A DNA stretch of 64,000 nucleotides from a virus (lineage: Duplodnaviria > Caudoviricetes). How positions within the stretch are numbered: position 1 is the stretch's first letter; each line of letters starts with the position of its first letter. Where the stretch lies: positions 45,776-109,775 of IMG/VR virus record IMGVR_UViG_3300027672_001612. One strand, written 5' to 3'. A model generated the notes under the pieces. It saw nothing but the letters and a program-made list of their open reading frames with translations, was not told where the DNA came from and searched no databases. Below are positions 40,290-48,307 of this stretch, piece by piece. The position numbers and the translations under genes were made by a program.

Positions 40290-40907
40290 ATGGCAACAAT
40301 GATGAAACACGTCGGAGTATACGGCGAGAAACCTTGCGTAGTAGTATTTAGAGCACTACCGGAAGAAACAGAATCAGCACTTATTTGTATAAGTGATGGT
40401 CTAGAAGGATCACTACATGATGACGTTATGTCTGTTGTAGATAGTCCTGAAGGTCAGAACTCAAATGAAATCAGTGAAGTATTCTTTAGACGTAGATTAA
40501 GCGATGGCGAGAACATGCTTGAAGCACTACATGGTAGAAAGAAATTGTTAAAAGTACCAGTCAATATGGTAAAGTTAACTCCACTACCTAACCAACAAGT
40601 TGAACTTGCTGAAATTAATAAGCAGTTAAGTAATATTACAGCAGGTAGTAACCCAGCGTTAAAAACAGAAGCGGCTATGAACCCAATTGCGGAATCGCAA
40701 GTGGCTAATGTAAATGCACCTGTTGAAGCAGACAATAGTCCTGAAGGGATTGCAAAAGGTTTAATTGCACAGTCAGAACTTATTGAAGCAGACGCGAATG
40801 CAATGTTGAGTGATGCTCAAGCCAAATTGGCACAGGCATACGAAATGGCACCAGAACTGAAGCCTAAAAGAGGCCCAGGTCGTCCGCCAAAAACTGATAC
40901 AGTATAG
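40290..40907 (+). CDS. Hypothetical protein with C-terminal AT-hook-like motif
   Basis: AGGAG RBS; KRGPGRPPK. Confidence 0.7.
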   Translation: MATMMKHVGVYGEKPCVVVFRALPEETESALICISDGLEGSLHDDVMSVVDSPEGQNSNEISEVFFRRRLSDGENMLEALHGRKKLLKVPVNMVKLTPLPNQQVELAEINKQLSNITAGSNPALKTEAAMNPIAESQVANVNAPVEADNSPEGIAKGLIAQSELIEADANAMLSDAQAKLAQAYEMAPELKPKRGPGRPPKTDTV

Positions 40908-40948
40908 TACCAGTTCTAAAACATAACTGTAGGGTTAAAGGAGAAAGC

Positions 40949-41275
40949 GTGTCAGCTCACGACATTAAGATATTATTGGTTGCGAAGCATAGTAAGAACA
41001 AGAAATTTGAGTCGTTACTCAAGGAAGTCTTTCCTACGGAGATACCTGTTGAAATGATTGATCAGGTAGTTTTAGAATTTATCGATGGAACACAGGCAAA
41101 GCTGGATCATACGGAACTCAAAGATCCATTACCGACTGCCCCTAACAAAACTTGGGCGACGATGATCCAGGCTTTTACTAATGTTAAACAGATTACTATT
41201 GTAGTCGATGTTAACAACGTAGAACAACTGACTAAAAAGAAAGTAGATGATGTACTAGGAAAACACTTTGACTAA
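40949..41275 (+). CDS. Hypothetical protein
   Basis: AAGGAG RBS, GTG start. Confidence 0.65.
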   Translation: MSAHDIKILLVAKHSKNKKFESLLKEVFPTEIPVEMIDQVVLEFIDGTQAKLDHTELKDPLPTAPNKTWATMIQAFTNVKQITIVVDVNNVEQLTKKKVDDVLGKHFD

Positions 41276-41966
41276 GATAGCAATCACAGGACATACTAGC
41301 GGAATAGGACAGGCAGTCCATGACATGTCTGACCTTACGTTAGATGGTGTTAATGATGTTAGAGGTTACTCTAAGAGTAACGGCTGGAACATTGCTACCA
41401 ATGACGGTGATGATATCATAGCAGAGTTAATTAAGTTTGATCCTGATGTGTTTATAAACAATGCATACTATCCTGGTGTACAAACTAAAATACTGACCAC
41501 ACTATTCGAAGAGTGGAAAGGCAAACCAAAAACAATTATTAATATAGGTTCTATTGCAGGGTACCAACCCAATGTAAATGTAGAGCCACAATGGAGTACT
41601 TACGGAGACGATAAGTTTGAACAAGCTCAGTTCATTATCGTTAACAGTTTCAGAGATGGAATTGAACACCAAATACGAATGTTCAACATCAGCTTTAGTT
41701 TCGTTAACTCTCCCTTACTGACCAGATCAGTAGGCATGGGACTTAATCCAGACCGTATGATAGACACAATGGATGCCGCTGAAATGATCATGGATTGCAT
41801 GGAAGACAACGGTAAAGGCTATGATATAGTAGAGCAAGTAGTCCAATGTAAAGTAATAACAAGCGAAGAATTAGTACAAAACTTCATGACCGGTAGCAGA
41901 AACATGGCAAAACATGTAATCCGAAGCGACCGAGCTATTAAAAAAGCACTCAAATCAAGCACTTAG
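41268..41966 (+). CDS. Short-chain dehydrogenase/reductase-like protein
   Basis: TGHTSGIG, FINNA, INIGS, YGDDK (YxxxK). Confidence 0.8.
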   Translation: MTKIAITGHTSGIGQAVHDMSDLTLDGVNDVRGYSKSNGWNIATNDGDDIIAELIKFDPDVFINNAYYPGVQTKILTTLFEEWKGKPKTIINIGSIAGYQPNVNVEPQWSTYGDDKFEQAQFIIVNSFRDGIEHQIRMFNISFSFVNSPLLTRSVGMGLNPDRMIDTMDAAEMIMDCMEDNGKGYDIVEQVVQCKVITSEELVQNFMTGSRNMAKHVIRSDRAIKKALKSST

Positions 41967-42002
41967 CACCCTAAAATATACCAAAAAAACTGGTAAAAAA
42001 GG

Positions 42003-42031
42003 TTGACTCTGCCCCCGAAACCTAGTATAAT
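42003..42031 (+). promoter_or_regulatory. Sigma70 early promoter
   Basis: TTGACT-17-TATAAT with A-tract upstream. Confidence 0.85.
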
Positions 42032-42062
42032 AGTTGTATATTAAGCAATAAGGGAAAGCAAT

Positions 42063-42533
42063 ATGTACAACATTTACCAAATCAAACTAAGCGAAGAAGT
42101 ATACAACTTTGTTAACGGTCCAGAAGGCGGACACACAAAGACTTCTGAAAAGTACCCAGAGTACAATGCTCATATGGAAGTAATGCATAAAGGTTCAGAA
42201 GGATTTACTACTGATATGTTTGAGCATTACACTAAGGTATGTGAAGTTGCTAACTTTGAAGGTCCAGTTAATAGCGAATTAGAAGAAGTATTCAAAATCC
42301 TAAATGGTTACTACTACAACGAAGACACTGACACAGACGAAACGTTTGATGCTTTTGTTAGTGGTTTTACTATGAAGACAGTTACTCGTAAGAGCGGTGA
42401 GGTTGTAACTTTTAGAGACATGCATTCACTATCAGTAGGCGACATTGTTGAAGACACTTCAACTGGTGAGTTCAACATTGTAGATGGTATGGGCTTTGCA
42501 CAAATTCAAACTAAATCATTAGAGGTAGCATAA
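42063..42533 (+). CDS. YodL-like protein
   Basis: IYQI ... LEEVF ... HSLSVGDIV ... VDGMGF. Confidence 0.6.
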   Translation: MYNIYQIKLSEEVYNFVNGPEGGHTKTSEKYPEYNAHMEVMHKGSEGFTTDMFEHYTKVCEVANFEGPVNSELEEVFKILNGYYYNEDTDTDETFDAFVSGFTMKTVTRKSGEVVTFRDMHSLSVGDIVEDTSTGEFNIVDGMGFAQIQTKSLEVA

Positions 42534-42856
42534 TGTTAACTACAGAAATTCATAACGAAGCGGTAGCGAATGCTCAATTGGCAACTCAGCAGTACATTTT
42601 AATTCACGGAGAACATCCTATGAATTGTGGATTTGCTTGGGTTGATGCAAGAGTTAAAGGCAATACTAAAATTGGTAAGAGTTTTATTGCTCAAGGCTTT
42701 GATAAAAGTTACAACGGTGGTTACAGTCTTTGGAACCCATCGGGTAATTACACTCAGGACATGAGTGCTAAGGAGTGTGGTGTCAATGCGTATGTGGCTA
42801 CTGTTATAAAGTATCTTCCAGATACTCCAATTTATTCAGGATCGAGGTTAGACTAA
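42533..42856 (+). CDS. Hypothetical early protein
   Basis: GAGG RBS; CGFAWV; ends SRLD. Confidence 0.65.
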   Translation: MLTTEIHNEAVANAQLATQQYILIHGEHPMNCGFAWVDARVKGNTKIGKSFIAQGFDKSYNGGYSLWNPSGNYTQDMSAKECGVNAYVATVIKYLPDTPIYSGSRLD

Positions 42857-43059
42857 TGGTTATTTTTGTAGGTGATTACATTAGATTGCACGGAGCAAAT
42901 GATTATTATCGTGTGGTAAAGGTAGTTGATAATTATTCTGTGAAGTTGGATAACGGATTTACCGTTGAAGCCAGCGACAAGTATATAGCAACTGTTCAAA
43001 GCGAATTAGAATTTTTAGAAGAGGGTGGAATTATTCCAGAGGTAGTAGATGGGAACTAA
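42856..43059 (+). CDS. Small hypothetical protein
   Basis: TAATG coupling. Confidence 0.55.
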   Translation: MVIFVGDYIRLHGANDYYRVVKVVDNYSVKLDNGFTVEASDKYIATVQSELEFLEEGGIIPEVVDGN

Positions 43060-43675
43060 GTATATTATAACAGACATCGATGGCGTTGTCTTAGATTGGG
43101 AAGAAGGCTTCAGCATTTGGATGGAGCATCATGGACACGAGAAAGTAGAAGGAGCTCAGTTCATTTACAGCATCGGAGACAGGTACGGCATGAGCAGAAA
43201 TGCTGGACATAAACTTATTAAGCAATTTAATGAGAGTGCCGCAATAGGCTTTTTGCCTCCATTAAGAGATGCCCAATGGTATATTAATTTACTCCATGAG
43301 AAACATCGTTACAAGTTTATTGCTTTAACAAGCCTGAGCCTAGATCCTTATGCGAAATACCTAAGGGAAAGAAACCTCAAGAAGTTAATGGGCGATGCAT
43401 TTGAAAGAGTTATTTGTTTAGACACTGGTGCTGATAAAGATGATGCATTGACAGAGTTGGCAGGATATGCCAAGTACAAAGACTGCTATTGGATTGAAGA
43501 CAAGCCACTGAATGCAGATGCTGGTACTAAAGTAGGCTTTAAATCTATTTTAATGGAACATGGTCATAACATGGATAGCGAAGTATTGAATGCTATCGTT
43601 GTTAAAAATTGGGAACATATTTACAATATCCTAATTAACGAGACTCAAAACAAACCTATTCAATATATTAGATAA
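43049..43675 (+). CDS. HAD-family phosphatase (5'-deoxyribonucleotidase-like)
   Basis: DIDGV, LTS, K, WIED. Confidence 0.8.
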   Translation: MGTKYIITDIDGVVLDWEEGFSIWMEHHGHEKVEGAQFIYSIGDRYGMSRNAGHKLIKQFNESAAIGFLPPLRDAQWYINLLHEKHRYKFIALTSLSLDPYAKYLRERNLKKLMGDAFERVICLDTGADKDDALTELAGYAKYKDCYWIEDKPLNADAGTKVGFKSILMEHGHNMDSEVLNAIVVKNWEHIYNILINETQNKPIQYIR

Positions 43676-43685
43676 GGAAACTACT

Positions 43686-44393
43686 ATGCGATTATACACA
43701 GGAAAAGAAGTTATTGCTCATGCCGTTGCTGTTGACAGATACCAAGGGTATAAGTACATCAAATCGCATGAAGCAACAGGCTCTATAAAACCCAACTTCA
43801 GCCTATTAATCCATTCGTTAAAGGACCCTAAGACTTCAGTAGTTGGTTCCGTTACGGACCAGGACTATGTTACAGCAGACTTAATCGTTGAATACTTCGA
43901 AGGATTAGTGTTTAAGGCTATGCAACGTGAACTGAGTGAGTATGAGAAGAAGATTACTGATCTTATTAAAGCAGTTGACATCAATCTACGAGGTAGAGAT
44001 GATAGGCTTCCTATTGTTGGATCGTTACCTAACGTGTATAGAAACAATACCAAGCATGATGTTTGGGCAGAGGAAGAACAAAGTTTGCGTAAGACATCTG
44101 AATATGAAGGTGAGATAAAGACCAGGTCAGAGTTCAGTGGTGTTGTTAAAATGTCACGTTTTATGAATCGAACTAATAGTTTATTGGTTGCAGTACTCAC
44201 AGACAAAGGTAACATAGTTAAGTTCTTTTATGACTTATACAGACGTTCACCTGAATTTGAGCCAAGGACTGCACTAGCAGAAGGCAACACTATAAACTTC
44301 GTAGGACATGTTAAAGGACATGACGTGTCTAAGTACTCTAAATGCAAAGAGACATTTATTAATAGAGTTAATGTTCATACAGATGATAAATAG
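43686..44393 (+). CDS. Hypothetical protein, possible C-terminal OB-fold
   Basis: AAGGA RBS; VKGH...ETFINRV. Confidence 0.55.
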   Translation: MRLYTGKEVIAHAVAVDRYQGYKYIKSHEATGSIKPNFSLLIHSLKDPKTSVVGSVTDQDYVTADLIVEYFEGLVFKAMQRELSEYEKKITDLIKAVDINLRGRDDRLPIVGSLPNVYRNNTKHDVWAEEEQSLRKTSEYEGEIKTRSEFSGVVKMSRFMNRTNSLLVAVLTDKGNIVKFFYDLYRRSPEFEPRTALAEGNTINFVGHVKGHDVSKYSKCKETFINRVNVHTDDK

Positions 44394-44463
44394 TATTATA
44401 ACTTAGAACTAGAAACTTTAGGGTTTCTAGACTGTTAACAATAACAGATCGGAGTATAATATA

Positions 44464-45639
44464 ATGGCAGTCTTTATGAATGCCAAAGGTACTACTAATA
44501 CAAATTACCAAATAGGTAAGCGTGGTGGTAAAATCTTTGGTGGAGTAGCAACACCAGTTGCAAATGAAGTTAGTACAGGCGATATTTGGCTAGATAAGTC
44601 AAACGAACTTACTAAGATAGCAACCAAAACTGGTGGTTCAGTTACATGGAACGAAATCCTTACTACAGATGTTGGTGACTTAACGGTCTCCGGTAATCTA
44701 ACAGTTGAAGGTACGACTACTACTATAGATTCTACTACGATAAATGTACAAGAGAGTTTAGTATTTGAAGGCAGTTCAGCTGACGACTATGAAACTACTC
44801 TAACAGCAACAAACCCAACAGCAGACAGAACTATTACTATGCCAAATGCAAGTGGTACATTACTACTTGGTGGTGCAGTAGCAGTTGATGACTTTGGCGC
44901 GGCGGCATACGTTACTCAAGGTGAAACTTGGAACAGTGACGACAGCGAATTTGCTACAACAGGTCGAATAGATCAAATGATTACTACTGAAATTGCTAAT
45001 GCAAGTATTATGCATAGCAGTGGAGTTGAATCATTTGCTGGTCAAAAGACATTTACAACTGGTATCACAGTAACTGATGCAACTGTAACTGGACTTAAGA
45101 GTTCAAGTGTTACAGAAGAAACTAACTTGTATTACACTGACGCTAGAGTAGACACTAGAGTTGGTAACCTTAGCACAGATAGTTTACCAGAAGGATCAGG
45201 TAAGTTATACTATACTAATCCAAGAGCAAGAGCGGCAATTAGTGTAACTGATAACTCAACTGCTGGTAACGAACTTTCATACAATAGTTCAACTGGTATT
45301 CTTGTTTGGCAAGGCTCTGCTTCAAGTACTACTAACGTAGACAAAGTTACAGCATTATCATTTGGAGCATTAACAGACTACGGACTGATAAGTGGTAGCA
45401 CAACACTCACTAGCGATTGGGGTAATGTTGCAACAGCAAACGTTACATTTAGTGACTCAGGCTATCTACAAGTCAGCAGTGGCTTACCACAACTACCTAA
45501 CTATGTAGTATCAAGTTTACCTAGCTCAGTAAGTGCAGGAGACCTTGCATTGTGTACTGACGAAACGGGTGGAGCTTCTGTTGTATTTAATGATGGAACT
45601 AATTGGCGTAGAATGTCTGACAGAGCTATTGCTAGTTAA
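44464..45639 (+). CDS. Virion fibre-like protein
   Basis: GATAAATA at 44385; GDLTVSGNLTVEG, PTADRTITMP, (N/K)LYYT..R repeats; N-terminal KG...QIGKRG. Confidence 0.75.
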   Translation: MAVFMNAKGTTNTNYQIGKRGGKIFGGVATPVANEVSTGDIWLDKSNELTKIATKTGGSVTWNEILTTDVGDLTVSGNLTVEGTTTTIDSTTINVQESLVFEGSSADDYETTLTATNPTADRTITMPNASGTLLLGGAVAVDDFGAAAYVTQGETWNSDDSEFATTGRIDQMITTEIANASIMHSSGVESFAGQKTFTTGITVTDATVTGLKSSSVTEETNLYYTDARVDTRVGNLSTDSLPEGSGKLYYTNPRARAAISVTDNSTAGNELSYNSSTGILVWQGSASSTTNVDKVTALSFGALTDYGLISGSTTLTSDWGNVATANVTFSDSGYLQVSSGLPQLPNYVVSSLPSSVSAGDLALCTDETGGASVVFNDGTNWRRMSDRAIAS

Positions 45640-45657
45640 AACTCGTATTAACGGTAG

Positions 45658-46353
45658 TTAATACTCGCACTTCCAACGAATCATAACACTTTCCCTTACA
45701 TCACCTGGAGCGATATTAGTCGGAGCCTGATGCCATGAGCCTTGTGCGTTGGTTGTTATAAACATTGTGTTAGGCATGAAAGGTACAGTAACTTCGTGTT
45801 TCCAATTATGTTCTTTGTCTTTATGTGCCATGTGGGGTTGAGTCATGCCTTCATCTTGCATAGCATCTGTATGAATATCATCGCCTATGTAAGTAAACAG
45901 TTTAGTACCATAACGTCTTTGACTGTCATCTTTAGGCAGGTAGATCATAGCACTGATAGTATAGTATGTAGGATCGAAGAACTGATCTGTATGTATATCG
46001 TTTATTAATAACTTGTCTGTATCTTTCCAAAACGTGACACAAGGCACTGGAGCTTCTGATACTTCGTCGCCAAACTTCTTAGCAATAGCAAAAAATAGTT
46101 TTTCCATTAACTTGTTGAATTGTCTTACGTCTGATGTAGAAATATCTAATGCAGTTAATACATATTCATCTCTGCAACCGTAAACATCATGTTCATGCAC
46201 TATATTAACAGAATCTGCATACTCTAGAAACGTGCGATAGTTTTGGTTGATAGGTTCGGCAACAAACATATGGGGCCAGGGTGCTGTAAGTAGTTCGGAC
46301 TGTTCTACTTTATATATTGTATTATTTAGATTCTGAATAAAATCCGTATACAT
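45658..46353 (-). CDS. 2OG-Fe(II) oxygenase
   Basis: DIHTD (HxD), YLP, GT.LF, SWH, R.S. Confidence 0.75.
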   Translation of the reverse strand: MYTDFIQNLNNTIYKVEQSELLTAPWPHMFVAEPINQNYRTFLEYADSVNIVHEHDVYGCRDEYVLTALDISTSDVRQFNKLMEKLFFAIAKKFGDEVSEAPVPCVTFWKDTDKLLINDIHTDQFFDPTYYTISAMIYLPKDDSQRRYGTKLFTYIGDDIHTDAMQDEGMTQPHMAHKDKEHNWKHEVTVPFMPNTMFITTNAQGSWHQAPTNIAPGDVRESVMIRWKCEY

Positions 46354-47116
46354 GCTTCCTCCTGATGTCTTTATTAATTATAGGACTGCTATGCCATGCT
46401 TTTGCAGATCTAGGTATAAAGTATGCTGTACCATTAGTGAATGGTAGTTGGTCTATGAGTGTGCAGTTCTCTCTTATTAAACTTGTAGTTAAGTCAGTTT
46501 CAAATACGTTTGGTTGCCAAAACTGTGTACCAAACTCTGTTACTCGATCCTCTCCTGGCAAGTACATGCCAAACGTAATACCAAACTCATCGCTATCAAC
46601 ATGTACATCATTAACTGTGAATTGATTAGTATCTTGCCACAGCCAAACATTGCAATCATGCTCTTGATGTATTGCAAACTTATCTGCTATAGCCATTCTA
46701 ATGTACTCATGATTGAATACTAAGTCATGTAGCTCCTGGAATGCAGGATTGCAGTCTATGTTTGCTTGTAGTCTTCCTTTAACTTCTGGCGGTAAAAACT
46801 CTGTGGGCCAGTTAGCATTAAGACTTTCTAATAGTGCTGGAGCAATAAAGTTTTCTATAACTATCTTGCTTTGAGATATTTTAGATTTAGCTATTGCATT
46901 TAGCGAATGTATTGTGTAAGGATGAAATTGTATCTCTCCTATGCTTTGAACACTACCACCTTCAAGTAAGATAGGTAGCCTAGGGTACCAAGGTTCAGCA
47001 TCCATAGGTAAATGTGTGCAACTATTCATTAGTCCACATTCTATACATTTTATTCTGGGATAGTCTGGATCGTACTCCGCAGGGTGAAACGGAATTCCGT
47101 GCTTGTCTTTAGCCAA
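46322..47116 (-). CDS. 2OG-Fe(II) oxygenase with N-terminal Cys/His cluster
   Basis: CIECGLMNSCTH; DVHVD, YLP, GT.FW, AWHS, RR. Confidence 0.75.
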   Translation of the reverse strand: MAKDKHGIPFHPAEYDPDYPRIKCIECGLMNSCTHLPMDAEPWYPRLPILLEGGSVQSIGEIQFHPYTIHSLNAIAKSKISQSKIVIENFIAPALLESLNANWPTEFLPPEVKGRLQANIDCNPAFQELHDLVFNHEYIRMAIADKFAIHQEHDCNVWLWQDTNQFTVNDVHVDSDEFGITFGMYLPGEDRVTEFGTQFWQPNVFETDLTTSLIRENCTLIDQLPFTNGTAYFIPRSAKAWHSSPIINKDIRRKHVYGFYSESK

Positions 47117-47118
47117 TG

Positions 47119-47430
47119 TTAAATCTCTATGCTGGCTTCGAAGCTAAAGGTGATGTCTTCAAACTCTTCAAATAAGATAGTACTAATCTCATCACCTTCT
47201 GTAGGGAGGATCATTTCATCTAATACTATTTCGTATATGAATAACTCTCCTTCCTTGTCTTCGTCTGTGTATGATATAACTTCAATGCCTACTTGTTCTT
47301 TCTCTTGGTCATACGCAGTTAATAATTTGGTGGCAACAACACTCTGCACGATATCAAAGTATTCGATAACGTCTTCGTCGGATAACTCTTCTCGAGTAAT
47401 CATTCTTGTAAAGTGTTTTATAAATGCCAT
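47119..47430 (-). CDS. Acidic hypothetical protein
   Basis: Intact ORF in the minus-strand operon. Confidence 0.6.
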   Translation of the reverse strand: MAFIKHFTRMITREELSDEDVIEYFDIVQSVVATKLLTAYDQEKEQVGIEVISYTDEDKEGELFIYEIVLDEMILPTEGDEISTILFEEFEDITFSFEASIEI

Positions 47431-47435
47431 TATGA

Positions 47436-47867
47436 TTATTTACCTTTGCTAAACGCCTGAGCACCAAAGAATGCGGCAACAATACCGGCAACTGCAACAA
47501 AGTATGTTGGTGCCATTGATCCTAGTGTTGACTGTGCTTCACTTAGTCCTGCCAAGCTGGCAAAAACTACTGCGAATGGGTATAGTAACATGCCAAATAA
47601 TGAGAACCAAGCCATCTTACGTTGAGCATCTCTCATTGCATCTGCATCTTCTAATTCTTTTCTCTTGAATTCTAAGTGCATATCCATTTCACCTTTAGAG
47701 ATATGTCCATCTCCGTTAGTGTCTATATCTTCCATTCCTTCGACTGTTTTAAATCCACGATTATCAACTGTCGGACCATCACCAGCTGGAGCATCGCCTG
47801 CCGCTTTTGCCTTCAATGCATCATACTCTTTACGGGTCATGCTTACTTCTGCTTTATCTTCTGCCAT
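47436..47867 (-). CDS. EF-hand plus two-TM membrane protein (holin-like)
   Basis: DTNGDGHISKGE EF loop; two hydrophobic helices; late promoter at 47918-47925. Confidence 0.7.
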   Translation of the reverse strand: MAEDKAEVSMTRKEYDALKAKAAGDAPAGDGPTVDNRGFKTVEGMEDIDTNGDGHISKGEMDMHLEFKRKELEDADAMRDAQRKMAWFSLFGMLLYPFAVVFASLAGLSEAQSTLGSMAPTYFVAVAGIVAAFFGAQAFSKGK

Positions 47868-48024
47868 TTTCGTTTCTCCTACAAAACTTCTGTTTACTGT
47901 ATGTATTCTACTATTAGTATTTATCTAAAAGATAGTTCTTGACATAACCAGCTTTTAGTGTATAATAAGAGCATAAGTAATAAATATTACTACATTCAAC
48001 ACACACAGTAACAAAGAGGTAGAA

Positions 48025-48288
48025 ATGGCATTTAACAAAACATTCAACGCAGAAGAACAAGCAAGACTAAAGAAACTTATCCAAGAGGGCGATCAAGTCC
48101 TATACGAAGTAGACGCACTGAGCGAAGGGTTACGAGAAACTGTAAAAGCAATTGCAGAAGAAATGGACCTTAAAGCTGGAGTACTTATGAAAGCAGTTAA
48201 AGTTGCTCATAAGGCTAAGTTTACAGATGAAAGAGATAAGTTCGATGAACTCGAAACAATCCTGGAAACTGTCGGCAAAACACTTTAA
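48025..48288 (+). CDS. DsbA/GapR-like dsDNA-binding protein
   Basis: 87-aa helical protein with a GapR/DsbA-like pattern, just before polB; promoter at 47939-47966. Confidence 0.6.
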   Translation: MAFNKTFNAEEQARLKKLIQEGDQVLYEVDALSEGLRETVKAIAEEMDLKAGVLMKAVKVAHKAKFTDERDKFDELETILETVGKTL

Positions 48289-48307
48289 TTTCTAGGATAG
48301 AACAAAT

